Of a stretch of 64,000 bases of DNA, positions 27,210-37,276 are shown piece by piece; within the stretch, counting starts at the first letter, position 1; every line of letters starts with the position of its first letter. Source of the stretch: Anaerolineae bacterium (GTDB lineage Bacteria; Chloroflexota; Anaerolineae; Aggregatilineales; Phototrophicaceae); NCBI GenBank assembly GCA_022820125.1, contig JAJEGA010000014.1, positions 18,567 through 82,566 of the forward strand, given 5' to 3'. The notes below the pieces were generated by a model. It worked only from the letters and a program-made list of their open reading frames with translations. It was not told where the DNA came from and searched no databases. Made by a program: the position numbers and the translations under genes.

Positions 27210-28241
27210 ATGTCTGAAGATGAGCGTTTCGTCAGTGGCCGACCCAAGCGGAGCGACCGGGAAAGCATCGCCCTGCGGCCGCAGCGCTTGCGAGATATGG
27301 TTGGTCAAGATCTTGTGCGCGAGAACTTGAGCATCATCATCGACGCGGCCGCCGCCCGTGGCGAATCGATTGACCACGTTCTCTTCTATGGTCCGCCCGG
27401 CTTGGGCAAAACATCCCTCGCTTACGTGATCGCCAACGAAGTTAATACCAATATACGAGTGACGGCAGGTCCCGCCATTGAACGCGCCGGCGATCTAGCG
27501 GCGATCCTCACACACCTCAAAAAAGGCGACATTCTTTTCATCGACGAGGTGCATCGCTTGGGCAAAGCCATCGAAGAAATTCTTTATCCGGCGATGGAAG
27601 ATTTTGTGCTCGACATCGTCATCGGCAAAGGACCAGCCGCGAAGACGCTGCGCCTGAACCTGCCGCGCTTCACCGTGATTGGCGCAACCACGCGCCTGGC
27701 ATTGCTGGCGTCGCCCCTGCGAGACCGCTTCGGCGCCCGCTTCCGTCTTGACTTCTACGATCCAGCCGCAATAGAGCAGATTGTCTTGCGCGCGGCGCGA
27801 TTGCTGGATGTCGAGATTGTGGGTGAAGCGGCGGTTGAAATCGCGCGGCGGGCTCGCGGCACCCCTCGCGTTGGCTTGCGCCTCTTGCGCCGCGTTCGCG
27901 ATTATGCCGAAGCGCGCGCCGACGGCGTGATTACCTTAAAAGTTACCCAAGACGCGCTCGCCCTTTTAGAGATTGATCATCTAGGCCTCGACGATGTAGA
28001 CCGGCGCATCCTGTCGACAATCATCGAAAAGTTTGGCGGCGGTCCCGTCGGGCTTGATACCATTGGCGCCGCCATCAGCGAAGAAAGCGCCACCATCATG
28101 GATGTCTACGAGCCTTACCTGATTCAACTGGGTTTTATTGATCGCACGCCGCGCGGACGCGCCTGCACCGAACACGCTTACCATCATCTCGGCATCGATT
28201 TCCCCGAAGACCCGTCCGCGGGCCAGCAGCGCCTTCTATGA
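27210..28241 (+). CDS. ruvB: Holliday junction branch migration helicase RuvB
   Basis: [17 protein letters not shown] and the RuvB C-terminal winged helix. Confidence 0.95.
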   Translation: MSEDERFVSGRPKRSDRESIALRPQRLRDMVGQDLVRENLSIIIDAAAARGESIDHVLFYGPPGLGKTSLAYVIANEVNTNIRVTAGPAIERAGDLAAILTHLKKGDILFIDEVHRLGKAIEEILYPAMEDFVLDIVIGKGPAAKTLRLNLPRFTVIGATTRLALLASPLRDRFGARFRLDFYDPAAIEQIVLRAARLLDVEIVGEAAVEIARRARGTPRVGLRLLRRVRDYAEARADGVITLKVTQDALALLEIDHLGLDDVDRRILSTIIEKFGGGPVGLDTIGAAISEESATIMDVYEPYLIQLGFIDRTPRGRACTEHAYHHLGIDFPEDPSAGQQRLL

Positions 28242-29305
28242 ACGTCGCCGATTTCGATTACAACCTGCCTTCGCGTTTCATCGCACAGACGCCGGCCGAG
28301 CCAAGAGACTCCGCTAAACTGCTGTGGTTGGACCGACGCACAGGCGCGCTTTCGCACCATCGGTTCTTCAATATCGTTGACATGCTGGAAGCCCCCGATG
28401 TGCTGGTGCTCAACGACACGCGCGTGATGCCGGCGCGCCTGAAGGCTATCAAGGCAGAGTCCGGCGGCAAGGCGGAAATCCTGCTCTTGAAGCAGTTGAC
28501 CGAAAGACGCTGGCAGGCGCTGGTTGGCGGCAGAAATATAAACACTGGCATGCGGTTGACTATTCCTGACAGCGAGCTTTCTTGCGTGGTCGTCTCCAAT
28601 CTGGACAAGTCCCAGCGCGTCATTGAATTCAGCCAGCCTGTGGGCGAGCGCCTTACTGAGCATGGCGAAATGCCGCTGCCTCCCTACATCCGCGGGAAAC
28701 CAACAGACCGCGAGCGTTATCAGACGGTGTACAGCCGGGTGGAGGGCTCGGCGGCCGCGCCAACCGCCGGGCTGCATTTCACGCCGGAACTGCTGTGCAA
28801 GCTCCAGCAAAAGGGGCTGCGGCTGGCGAGCTGCACCTTGCATATCGGCCTCGATACCTTCCAGCCGGTCACGGTCGAGCGCGTTTGCGATCACAAGATT
28901 CACCGCGAGCGCGCAACGCTGGACCAGCTTAACGCAAGCATCATCAACGAAGCCAGGCGAGCGGGCGGGCGGGTCATCGCCGTTGGCACCACCTCGGCGC
29001 GTACGCTTGAAACAGCGGCGATACTGGCGGCCGGCGGCGAACCGGCTGGCTCAAGCCCCAATATCCCCTTCGATCGCGCCCAGCCCTTGGCGCCATTTGA
29101 AGCGGATACCGGCCTCTTCATTTATCCCGGCTACCACTGGCGCGCGGTTGATGCGATGATTACCAACTTTCATCTGCCCAGATCGACGCTGCTGATGATG
29201 CTCAGCGCTTTCGCGGGTAGAGACGTTTTGCTCGGCGCCTACGAAACGGCGAAGCAGATGAATTATCGCTTCTATTCTTTTGGCGACGCCATGTTGATCA
29301 CCTGA
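28238..29305 (+). CDS. queA: S-adenosylmethionine:tRNA ribosyltransferase-isomerase
   Basis: [19 protein letters not shown] and [10 protein letters not shown]. The start overlaps the ruvB stop. Confidence 0.9.
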   Translation: MNVADFDYNLPSRFIAQTPAEPRDSAKLLWLDRRTGALSHHRFFNIVDMLEAPDVLVLNDTRVMPARLKAIKAESGGKAEILLLKQLTERRWQALVGGRNINTGMRLTIPDSELSCVVVSNLDKSQRVIEFSQPVGERLTEHGEMPLPPYIRGKPTDRERYQTVYSRVEGSAAAPTAGLHFTPELLCKLQQKGLRLASCTLHIGLDTFQPVTVERVCDHKIHRERATLDQLNASIINEARRAGGRVIAVGTTSARTLETAAILAAGGEPAGSSPNIPFDRAQPLAPFEADTGLFIYPGYHWRAVDAMITNFHLPRSTLLMMLSAFAGRDVLLGAYETAKQMNYRFYSFGDAMLIT

Positions 29306-29326
29306 TATCGCAGGCTCAACTCAGAC

Positions 29327-29356
29327 TTGACCAAAGGCGCAACACTCGTCTACAAT
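29327..29356 (+). promoter_or_regulatory. Putative promoter of rplU-rpmA-rpmE (TTGACC-N18-TACAAT), followed by a ~115-nt leader
   Basis: TTGACC at 29327-29332 and TACAAT at 29351-29356. The leader contains the imperfect hairpin CCGCAGATAGAGCC...GGCCTCTGTTGCGG. Confidence 0.5.
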
Positions 29357-29471
29357 GCCCTTTGCCCTGCCGGACGCTGTAGGGTATTTTAGTGTAAGAC
29401 CAATTTTCCCCGCAGATAGAGCCGCGCGGGCCTCTGTTGCGGAGAAGCGAAGCGAAGATTGGAGTAAATTC

Positions 29472-29783
29472 ATGTACGCAATCATACGCAGCGGCGGCAA
29501 ACAATATCGAGCGGAGGTCGGCGCGACCATTGATGTAGATCGCTTGCCGCAACAAGTTGGCGAATCGATAGAAATCGCGGACGTTCTGCTAATCGCGGAC
29601 GGCGATGAGACGCGCATCGGGCAGCCGCAGGTCGATGGCGCCTCAGTCTCGGCTACCGTAGTAGACCAATTCCGCGGCAAAAAGATCATCGTATACAAAT
29701 ATCGTCAGCGCACGAATTACCGCCGCAAACAGGGGCACCGCCAGTATTATACGCGGCTGCGGATTGAGGACATCCGGGCTTAA
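29472..29783 (+). CDS. rplU: 50S ribosomal protein L21
   Basis: [13 protein letters not shown]...; 103 aa after trimming. Confidence 0.95.
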   Translation: MYAIIRSGGKQYRAEVGATIDVDRLPQQVGESIEIADVLLIADGDETRIGQPQVDGASVSATVVDQFRGKKIIVYKYRQRTNYRRKQGHRQYYTRLRIEDIRA

Positions 29784-29807
29784 GCTCGGTTAGAGGAGAA
29801 AATCGCA

Positions 29808-30095
29808 ATGGCACACAAAAAGGGCGGCGGCTCGTCAAGCAACGGGCGCGACAGCAACTCGAAGCGCCTCGGCGTCAAGAATTATGGCGGCCAATTTGTC
29901 ATCCCCGGCAACATTATCGTGCGGCAGCGCGGCAGCAGGTTTCACCCGGGCGCGGGCGTCAGCATGGGCAAGGATTATACCATCTTCGCCACCAGAGCCG
30001 GATTCGTAACCTTTGAAAAGATGCGCGGTCGCAAAGGACAGCAACAGATTTCCGTTTACGAATCGCATGAAAAGACTGGGCAGACTATCAATTGA
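29808..30095 (+). CDS. rpmA: 50S ribosomal protein L27
   Basis: [24 protein letters not shown]. Confidence 0.95.
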   Translation: MAHKKGGGSSSNGRDSNSKRLGVKNYGGQFVIPGNIIVRQRGSRFHPGAGVSMGKDYTIFATRAGFVTFEKMRGRKGQQQISVYESHEKTGQTIN

Positions 30096-30153
30096 TCCAG
30101 CGGCATAAGTCATTTGCGCTACTCAAAAGAGCCGCAAATGCGCGGAGGAACCC

Positions 30154-30612
30154 ATGAGAGAAGGCATCCACCCCGTATGGCACGAGACGCCGGTGCGCTG
30201 CATGACCTGCGGCTCCACCTGGACGACAGGTTCGACCGTCGAATCGCTGACGGTTGAAATCTGTTCCAACTGCCATCCCTTCTATACCGGCGAACAGCGT
30301 ATCGTCGATACCGAAGGGCGCGTCGACAAATTCATGAAACGCTTGCAGCAGCGCGACGAGATCCGCACCGCGCTCGACAATGCCGCCGCTGAGCGCACAC
30401 CGCTCGATCTCCCAATCGCCGAACTCGATATCGACGCGCGCTACAGCAATATCCTCGAAGACAACAACATCACCATCGTATCCGATGTGCTGGATCGCTT
30501 GGGCGACGAAGATGACGAAAACAGCATTCTGACGATTGCGGGCATCGGGCGCAAAGTTGTTAGCGACATGAAGAAGAACCTACGCGCCCGCGGCTACCAG
30601 CTCAACAGCTAA
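30154..30612 (+). CDS. rpmE: 50S ribosomal protein L31 (Zn-ribbon type) fused in frame to an ~80-aa C-terminal domain resembling the RNA polymerase alpha CTD
   Basis: Residues 1-68 are L31 (IHP, CxxC...Cxx[16 protein letters not shown]). Residues ~85-150 match the alpha-CTD helix-hairpin-helix pattern ([23 protein letters not shown] ... [26 protein letters not shown]). Confidence 0.8.
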   Translation: MREGIHPVWHETPVRCMTCGSTWTTGSTVESLTVEICSNCHPFYTGEQRIVDTEGRVDKFMKRLQQRDEIRTALDNAAAERTPLDLPIAELDIDARYSNILEDNNITIVSDVLDRLGDEDDENSILTIAGIGRKVVSDMKKNLRARGYQLNS

Positions 30613-30633
30613 CCGGCGCGCGAATCGCCAGGA

Positions 30634-30669
30634 CAACAGCCAATATGGAGTTTGGCTGTTGCGGGTTTT
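30634..30669 (+). terminator. Rho-independent terminator after rpmE
   Basis: 10-bp stem CAACAGCCAA / TTGGCTGTTG, 8-nt loop, then CGGGTTTT. Confidence 0.65.
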
Positions 30670-30735
30670 GCCTCTGCCAATCAAATCACCTCGGCTCTTA
30701 AGAGCCTGCCTGAATCGTTTCGAGACGCCACGCCA

Positions 30736-31317
30736 ATGAAGCATCACTCGGGTCGCATTGAAGTCATTAGCGGCAGCATGTTCTGCGGCAAGACGGAAGA
30801 GTTGATCCGCCGACTGCGCCGCGCGATCATCGCCCGGCAGAAAGTTAAGGTCTTCAAGCCGGAAATCGATGACCGCTATGGCATTCAGCGCATCACCAGC
30901 CATTCGGGCCAATCCGTCGACGCGATACCGGTCAAAGAGTCGCGAGACATCCTCGAGCAAGCGAACGGCGAAACCACCGTTGTCGCCATTGACGAAGCGC
31001 AGTTCTTTGATGCCGGCATCGTCTCCGTGGCGCAGAGCCTGGCGGATGAATGCGGCATTCGAGTGATCATCGCCGGGCTGGATACCGACTTCCGCGGCCA
31101 GCCTTTCGGCGCCATGCCTCACCTGCTGAGCATCGCCGAAGAGGTGACCAAACTGCAAGCGATCTGCGTGGTCTGTGGCGATGCCGCCAGCCGAACGCAA
31201 CGCCTGGTGGACGGCCGCCCGGCCGCCTTGGACGACCCGATCATTTTGGTCGGCGCGCAAGAGTCTTATGAAGCGCGCTGCCGCAAGCACCACCAAGTGC
31301 TGCCCGCCAACAACTAG
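30736..31317 (+). CDS. tdk: Thymidine kinase
   Basis: [15 protein letters not shown]-loop, IDEAQFF, and a C-terminal Zn site CVVCG...CRKHH. Trimmed to the ATG at 30736. Confidence 0.9.
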   Translation: MKHHSGRIEVISGSMFCGKTEELIRRLRRAIIARQKVKVFKPEIDDRYGIQRITSHSGQSVDAIPVKESRDILEQANGETTVVAIDEAQFFDAGIVSVAQSLADECGIRVIIAGLDTDFRGQPFGAMPHLLSIAEEVTKLQAICVVCGDAASRTQRLVDGRPAALDDPIILVGAQESYEARCRKHHQVLPANN

Positions 31318-31360
31318 AAACGCTTGGGAAACTTATGATTCAGATTGGCTTGCCCCAGCT

Positions 31361-32218
31361 TTAGGCAAGCAGATTGGGGATCTCTTCCGGATTGGCGGCG
31401 ACGCGCGCGCCCGCTGCTTCCAGCGCCAGGATCTTTTCTTCCGCCGAGCCCTCGCCGCCATCCACAATCGCGCCGGCGTGCCCCATGCGTTTGCCCGCAG
31501 GCGCGCTGCGGCCCGCGATGAAAGCGGCCACCGGTTTCGTCATCGCGTTCTTGATGTAATCGGCGGCGACAATTTCCGCGCTCCCGCCGATTTCACCCAG
31601 CAGCGCGACCTTTTCCGTTTCCGGATCGTTCTCGAACATCTCCAGAACATCGACAAAAGTGGTGCCGATGACCGGATCGCCGCCGATGCCGACAATGGTC
31701 GAAATGCCAATGCCTTGATTCTTCATGGCGAAGCCGACTTCATAAGTCAAAGTGCCGCTCTTGGATACAACGCCGACATTGCCCGCCGTGGCCACCATCG
31801 CCGGAATAATGCCGACCTTCGCTTGCCCCGGCGTCATCACGCCCGGGCAATTGGGTCCGATCAGGCGAGCGCCATGCCGCCGGCAAAAGGCGATCACCTT
31901 CATCATGTCCGAGACGGGAATGTGCTCGGTCAAGCAAATCACCAGCTTTATGCCAGCGTCAGCCGCTTCCATGATGGCATCGGCGGCGAAGCGCGCCGGC
32001 ACCGTAACCAGGCTCACATCGGCATTGGTCGTCTCCACCGCCATGCGCATCGTATCGAAGACCGGCGTCCCCTCAAACCACTCGCCGCCTTTGCCGGGCG
32101 TGACGCCGCCGACGACATCGGTGCCGTATTCCATCATCAGCTTGGCGTGAAAGCCGCCTTGCCGGCCAGTAATGCCCTGCACCAGGACGCGCGCCGTTTT
32201 GTCGATGAGAATTGACAT
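31361..32218 (-). CDS. sucD: Succinyl-CoA synthetase alpha subunit
   Basis: [23 protein letters not shown] and MGHAGAIV (phosphohistidine loop). Confidence 0.95.
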   Translation of the reverse strand: MSILIDKTARVLVQGITGRQGGFHAKLMMEYGTDVVGGVTPGKGGEWFEGTPVFDTMRMAVETTNADVSLVTVPARFAADAIMEAADAGIKLVICLTEHIPVSDMMKVIAFCRRHGARLIGPNCPGVMTPGQAKVGIIPAMVATAGNVGVVSKSGTLTYEVGFAMKNQGIGISTIVGIGGDPVIGTTFVDVLEMFENDPETEKVALLGEIGGSAEIVAADYIKNAMTKPVAAFIAGRSAPAGKRMGHAGAIVDGGEGSAEEKILALEAAGARVAANPEEIPNLLA

Positions 32219-32219
32219 A

Positions 32220-33380
32220 TCAGCCCTGCTCCTTCACCGCAGCCACCGCTCGTTTCGCCGCCTCTGTCAGCGTGTCGGCGCCGGCGATGTTGGGAATCCG
32301 CGCCTCATTGATGATCTTGCTGCCTTCAACCGCGTTGGTGCCTTGCAGCCGAATCACCATCGGCACGCTCGGCTTCACTTCGTTGTAAGCGGTCAGTATG
32401 CCATGCGCCACTTCATCGCAGCGGGTGATGCCGCCGAAGATATTGAACAGCACGCATTTGACATTGCTGTCCGACAGGATGATGCGCAGCGCCGCCGCCA
32501 CCTGCTCCGGCGAGGCGCCCCCGCCTATATCCAGGAAGTTCGCCGGACCAATGCCGTCAGCATCGCCATACAGCTTGGTCATATCCATCGTGGTCATCGC
32601 CAAGCCCGCGCCATTGACCATGCAGCCAATCTGACCATCGAGCTTGATATAGGTGATGCCGGCTTCGCGCGCCTGCCGTTCCGATTCCGGCTCTCCGCTG
32701 CTGTCCCGCTGCTCGGTCAAAGCCGGCTGACGAAAGAGCGCGTTGTCATCAATGATTACCTTGCCATCCACCGCCAGCAACTCGCCATCGCCGGTAATAG
32801 CCAAGGGGTTGATCTCAGCCAGCTCGGCATCGCTCGCGCGGTAGCAATTGTAGAGTCCCTTTAAGACCTTGCCGAAGCTCCGCCATTGGGCGCGCGGCAT
32901 GCCCATGGCGCTGGCGATATAAGTCATCTGAAAGTCTTTTAATCCCATGATGGGATCGATATGCTCGCGGATGATGGCTTCCGGCCGCTCGCGATTTAAC
33001 TCCTCAATGTCCATGCCACCTTCCATGGAGGTCATGATCAGCGGCTTGCCCGCGCCCCGATCATTGGTGATGGCCAAATAAATCTCTTGCACGATATCAG
33101 CGCCCGGGTCGACCAGCACGCGCTCCACCGTCAGCCCCTTGATATTCATCCCCAAAATGCGCTCGGCATGATGTTGCGCTTCATCGGCGTCGCGCGCCAC
33201 TTTGACGCCGCCCGCTTTGCCGCGCCCACCGACCTGCACCTGCGCCTTTATGACGACTATGCCGCCCAACTCCTCTGCGATGGCCCGCGCCTCATCCGCG
33301 CTTGTCGCCACCTTGCCTCGCGGTATGGGAATACCATAATCGGCGAAAAGAAACTTCGACTGATATTCATGCAATTTCAA
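32220..33380 (-). CDS. sucC: Succinyl-CoA synthetase beta subunit
   Basis: (M)[11 protein letters not shown] with a TTG start 9 nt after GGAGG; ATP-grasp and ligase-CoA blocks. Trimmed from 33494. Confidence 0.9.
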   Translation of the reverse strand: MKLHEYQSKFLFADYGIPIPRGKVATSADEARAIAEELGGIVVIKAQVQVGGRGKAGGVKVARDADEAQHHAERILGMNIKGLTVERVLVDPGADIVQEIYLAITNDRGAGKPLIMTSMEGGMDIEELNRERPEAIIREHIDPIMGLKDFQMTYIASAMGMPRAQWRSFGKVLKGLYNCYRASDAELAEINPLAITGDGELLAVDGKVIIDDNALFRQPALTEQRDSSGEPESERQAREAGITYIKLDGQIGCMVNGAGLAMTTMDMTKLYGDADGIGPANFLDIGGGASPEQVAAALRIILSDSNVKCVLFNIFGGITRCDEVAHGILTAYNEVKPSVPMVIRLQGTNAVEGSKIINEARIPNIAGADTLTEAAKRAVAAVKEQG

Positions 33381-33766
33381 GAGCGTTGACCTCCATGATC
33401 TAGGCGCTTGGCGATTCAGAATATCCTGCGGCGCTTTCGCCAACTGCGATTCCGCGGCCAGTCCGCCGGCTGATCCTAACAGCGATGAATTCAAGCGAGA
33501 CAGAGATTGGCAGTCGATAAAACGCGGATCAATTTGCGCAATCGCAAGCGTCGGGCGCGTGCCGCTGCCGCCAGCGCGCCCACTTTGACTTTGCTGTCTT
33601 CTTCGCGCGAGCGCAGCTAGATTACGCTAACCTGTCTGTATTCACAAGTGAGAATCCTCAGGCTGAGAATGTCGTCATATTGCTTTGTGCGCTATTCCAA
33701 TTCTGAGTAGACTATACAAAAGCGTATCCGCTGTTGAGCGATGCCGCACGATAACGGGAGTAGACG

Positions 33767-35515
33767 ATGAGAATACGATTGACGATGATTTTCATCACGT
33801 CATTATTGTTTTGCGTCACTTTGTCGATCAGCCAAGACGACGCCATCACAAATCTGCTGGCAAACGGCGAATTTGAAGGCGATTTCGTCGATTTGGAGGG
33901 CGCGGAGCCGCGTATGGTCGCCGAATCGTGGACGCCCTGGCATGTGGCGCCCACCGGCAGCAGCCCCTCCTTCGCCAATCATGATCCAAACTATGACGAA
34001 GAGACTGACCGGATTCGGCTGGACGATGACGGCAAGGCGCAGAAATACTTCACGCTATTCGCCACGCACCAAGGCGGCATCTACCAAGAAGTCGACTCGC
34101 TGACGGCTGGAACAACTTATCGTTTCAGCGTTTATGCCTATGTTTGGTCCTCCAGCTTTGAAGATGCCGAAGTCAGCGAAGATCCCGGGGATGTGGTTGT
34201 CCGCGTTGGCATCGACCCGAATGGCGGCGCCGACGGCGAAAGCGATGACATCGTTTGGTCTACCGCCGCAACTTTCTTCTACGACGCCTATCGTCAATAC
34301 GCCGTCATCGCCACCGCCGAAAGCGCGAGCATAACGGTCTTCGTCGAATCCACCGTCGGCGAGCCGCGCGCCAACAACTACATCTATCTCGACGACGCCG
34401 TTCTCGAGGTCGCCAGCGAAACGGTCGTGCTTGTGGAGCAGACGCCAACATCGGAAACCAACACCGGCTTGGTCAATGACACGGCAACGCCAACGGCGGG
34501 GACCGGGTCTGATAGCGAGCGATCCGAGAGCGATGTTCAGGAGGAAGCCAGCCCCACACCGCTTCCAACAGTTAGGCCTACCGCAACCGAGCCGCCAACA
34601 CCCACACCAACCTGGACACCGACCCTAGCGCCTACAGCGACGATCGACGCCGGGCCCGTATCCGATGAATTCCCGGAAACAGTGGCGCACATAGTTGTTG
34701 CAGACGATACGGTCAGCGGGCTGGCTCTGCAGTATGGCAGCGCGGTAGAAGCCATTCGACGGGCGAACGCTCTTGACGCCTCCAGCCTGATTGTCGTCGG
34801 TCAGCGGCTCATCATTCCAATTAATCTCTCGCCCGCCGCGGCAGTGGCTGATACGGCAACGCCGACGCCGACGCCGACCTTGACGCCGACGCCTACCGTT
34901 ACCCCAACGCCGACAGCGACGCCGATCACCCACCAGGTCCAGCCCGGTGATGTATTGGTGAACATCGCGGCGCAATACGGCACGACTGTGGATCTGCTCG
35001 TGCAAATAAATAACATAGCAAATCAGCATCAGATTGATGTCGGCCAGATTCTGCTGATTCCGACCCCGATCCCGCCAACGCTTGAGGCAACTATTCGGCC
35101 AACGGTGACGCTCTACCCCACGGACAGCGCGGCGGCGGATGGCGCTTCGGCGACAGCGGTTCCACCTTGGCACACCATATATGTCGTGCAGATCGGCGAC
35201 ACGCTCGATGAAATCGCGCGCGAACACGACACGACCGTCCAGGCTATCGTCGACCTGAATAACATTGCCAATCCCGGCAGAATCAATCCGGGCCAGGAAA
35301 TCAGAATCCCGTCGCGCTTCCCGACGCCGACGCCACATCCGACTTCGACGCCGCTCCCGACGATCATCCCGGTGACCTATACTGTCCAACCGGGCGACAC
35401 GATTGCCAATATCGCCGCGCGCTATGGCATCAGCGCAGTGGAATTGGCGCAAGTCAACGGCCTCGCCGCCGGCGCGCAGCTGACCGTCGGGCTGGAGTTG
35501 ACTATCCCCGTCTGA
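33767..35515 (+). CDS. Secreted protein: N-terminal carbohydrate-binding-like module, Pro/Thr linkers and four LysM domains
   Basis: Signal peptide present. Four LysM units: HIVVADDTVSGLALQYG, HQVQPGDVLVNIAAQYG, YVVQIGDTLDEIAREHD and YTVQPGDTIANIAARYG. Confidence 0.8.
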   Translation: MRIRLTMIFITSLLFCVTLSISQDDAITNLLANGEFEGDFVDLEGAEPRMVAESWTPWHVAPTGSSPSFANHDPNYDEETDRIRLDDDGKAQKYFTLFATHQGGIYQEVDSLTAGTTYRFSVYAYVWSSSFEDAEVSEDPGDVVVRVGIDPNGGADGESDDIVWSTAATFFYDAYRQYAVIATAESASITVFVESTVGEPRANNYIYLDDAVLEVASETVVLVEQTPTSETNTGLVNDTATPTAGTGSDSERSESDVQEEASPTPLPTVRPTATEPPTPTPTWTPTLAPTATIDAGPVSDEFPETVAHIVVADDTVSGLALQYGSAVEAIRRANALDASSLIVVGQRLIIPINLSPAAAVADTATPTPTPTLTPTPTVTPTPTATPITHQVQPGDVLVNIAAQYGTTVDLLVQINNIANQHQIDVGQILLIPTPIPPTLEATIRPTVTLYPTDSAAADGASATAVPPWHTIYVVQIGDTLDEIAREHDTTVQAIVDLNNIANPGRINPGQEIRIPSRFPTPTPHPTSTPLPTIIPVTYTVQPGDTIANIAARYGISAVELAQVNGLAAGAQLTVGLELTIPV

Positions 35516-35557
35516 GTTGATCCAGGGCGGCAATGATGTTCCAACGGCAGCATAAAA

Positions 35558-35592
35558 AGCGGCTCGCGTTAAAATATGCGCGGGCTGCTTTT
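35558..35592 (+). terminator. Rho-independent terminator after the LysM gene
   Basis: AGCGGCTCGCG / CGCGGGCTGCT stem (11 bp including two G-U pairs), 9-nt loop, then TTTT. An A-run upstream allows bidirectional function. Confidence 0.6.
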
Positions 35593-35697
35593 ACTTGCGT
35601 CTGAGATTACAATGCGGCGCGCTTGGATTGCCCAAATTCAAATCAGCAGACCGCAGGCTCCGATGCGCGGAGAAAGCCTAAAGTCAAATAGATTTGA

Positions 35698-37245
35698 GTG
35701 GCAGTTGCATGTCGCCCTCGGCGAATTAGCGCGAGCGCAAAAGGACGTCATTTGTACAAGTTATGTAGCTTTGGTCTTATCCCGCTGCTGTCATGGCTCC
35801 TAATCATGGCCGCGCCAAATGTCGCGCAAGAATCGGGCGATTCCGCCTTTAGAGTGCATGTGGTGCAGCGTGGCGAAAACCTGTTTCGAATCGCGCTGGC
35901 GTACGACCTGTTCGCCGAAGACATTGCCATAGCCAATGACATAACCGATAGCGATTCCATCGCCGTCGGCCAGCGCCTGATAATCCCCTTAACCGTCACC
36001 CCTCAGCAGCGCCTTAGCCATGTCATTTCCGCAGGCGAATCAATCGCCAGCATCGCCGCAGCTTACGGCATAACGGTATCGGACCTTTTGTCGCTCAACA
36101 GCTTAAACCCGGCCGATCCCATTTACGTGGGCCAAGAATTGACCATCGTCGCGGGCCCAGCCGAGGCGCCCCAGAACAGCAAGCCAGCAGATTTGCAGCC
36201 GACGCTTGTGCCTACCGCAGCGCCCGGCATCGGCATCCCCCATGTCTTCTCGCGCGTTGGCGCGCCCGCAAACGTCTTTGCGCACACCGTAAAGTCGGGG
36301 GAAACCCTGTCCGAAATTGCGCTGCGTTACAGCCAGACGATTGACGCCCTCGCGCGTGCCAACAATATGGCTGATCCAAGTTTCCTCAGCGTCGGCCAGC
36401 GGCTGTCTGTACCCGGCATTCTGCTGCCTCGGCTGACGACCACGCTGCCCGAAACCGTCCTGGCTTTCACAATTGAACCGCTTGTCCTTGAAGCCGGGCG
36501 CAGCGGTCGCATCGAATTGCTCACCAAAGAAGCCGTCGCCGTCAGCGGTCAGTTTCTCGGGCGCGAGCTGCAGGTCATCAAGCGCGATGAGGGCAAACGG
36601 CACAATATCCTCGTCGGCGTCCCCATGTTCACGAAGATGAGCGTCTACCCCTTATCGCTAGAGCTCTGGGATGACAAGCGCCAATCCCGGTCTATCACTG
36701 CCAATGTGCAGGTCATCAGCGGCGGCTACGGGCGCCAAACGATCAACATAGCTGATAGCGAATTGCTTGCGCCCGCGGTGGAAGAAGAAGAATTTGCCCG
36801 CCTGGCTCGCCTGACGAGCGGCTTCACGCCAGAGCGACGCTGGACCAATTCGCTCAGCCTGCCCGCGGCCGCGCCCATCAACGCCTTCTTCGGCACGCTG
36901 CGCTCTTATAACGGCAGTCCATTCGATCGCTATCACGGCGGCGTAGACTTCGCCGGCGCGCCCGGCACATCGATATTGGCGGCCGCCGATGGCGTCGTGC
37001 TCATGGTCGATCGCCTGAATATCCGCGGAAATTCCACCTTGATTGATCACGGCTGGGGACTGTACACGCTCTACGCGCATCAAGATGAAACGCTGGTAGG
37101 CTTGGGCGCGGAAGTTTCCACGGGCCAGGTGATTGGCACAATCGGTTCAACCGGGCGCAGCACCGGGCCTCATTTGCACTGGGAACTTTGGCTGAACGGC
37201 ATAAATGTTGACCCGATGCAATGGGTGCAAGAAACCTTTCCCTAG
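35698..37245 (+). CDS. LysM-domain M23-family peptidoglycan endopeptidase
   Basis: Three LysM units, then M23 motifs HGGVDFAG and GRSTGPHLHWEL. GTG start is uncertain. Confidence 0.85.
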   Translation: MAVACRPRRISASAKGRHLYKLCSFGLIPLLSWLLIMAAPNVAQESGDSAFRVHVVQRGENLFRIALAYDLFAEDIAIANDITDSDSIAVGQRLIIPLTVTPQQRLSHVISAGESIASIAAAYGITVSDLLSLNSLNPADPIYVGQELTIVAGPAEAPQNSKPADLQPTLVPTAAPGIGIPHVFSRVGAPANVFAHTVKSGETLSEIALRYSQTIDALARANNMADPSFLSVGQRLSVPGILLPRLTTTLPETVLAFTIEPLVLEAGRSGRIELLTKEAVAVSGQFLGRELQVIKRDEGKRHNILVGVPMFTKMSVYPLSLELWDDKRQSRSITANVQVISGGYGRQTINIADSELLAPAVEEEEFARLARLTSGFTPERRWTNSLSLPAAAPINAFFGTLRSYNGSPFDRYHGGVDFAGAPGTSILAAADGVVLMVDRLNIRGNSTLIDHGWGLYTLYAHQDETLVGLGAEVSTGQVIGTIGSTGRSTGPHLHWELWLNGINVDPMQWVQETFP

Positions 37246-37276
37246 CGCTGCGACGGGAAAATTTCTTACCGCCGGG

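Noticed and set aside
31318-31365. GCTTGCC-N9-GGCAAGC hairpin between convergent tdk and sucD, considered as a bidirectional terminator
   Set aside because: The stem is short (7 bp), there is no U-tract on either side, and it overlaps the sucD stop codon. The evidence is too weak to call.
31175-32215. 346-aa plus-strand ORF opposite sucD
   Set aside because: It is an antisense shadow ORF with an Arg/Ala/His-rich product.
34540-34925. Short tandem nucleotide repeats (ACGCCGACGCCGACC-type) inside the LysM gene
   Set aside because: They encode Pro/Thr linker segments (PTPTPT) between domains and are not an independent repeat feature.
35576-35803. 75-aa plus-strand ORF between the two LysM genes
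   Set aside because: It starts inside the predicted terminator hairpin and overlaps the signal-peptide region of the M23 gene in another frame. No supporting motif was seen.
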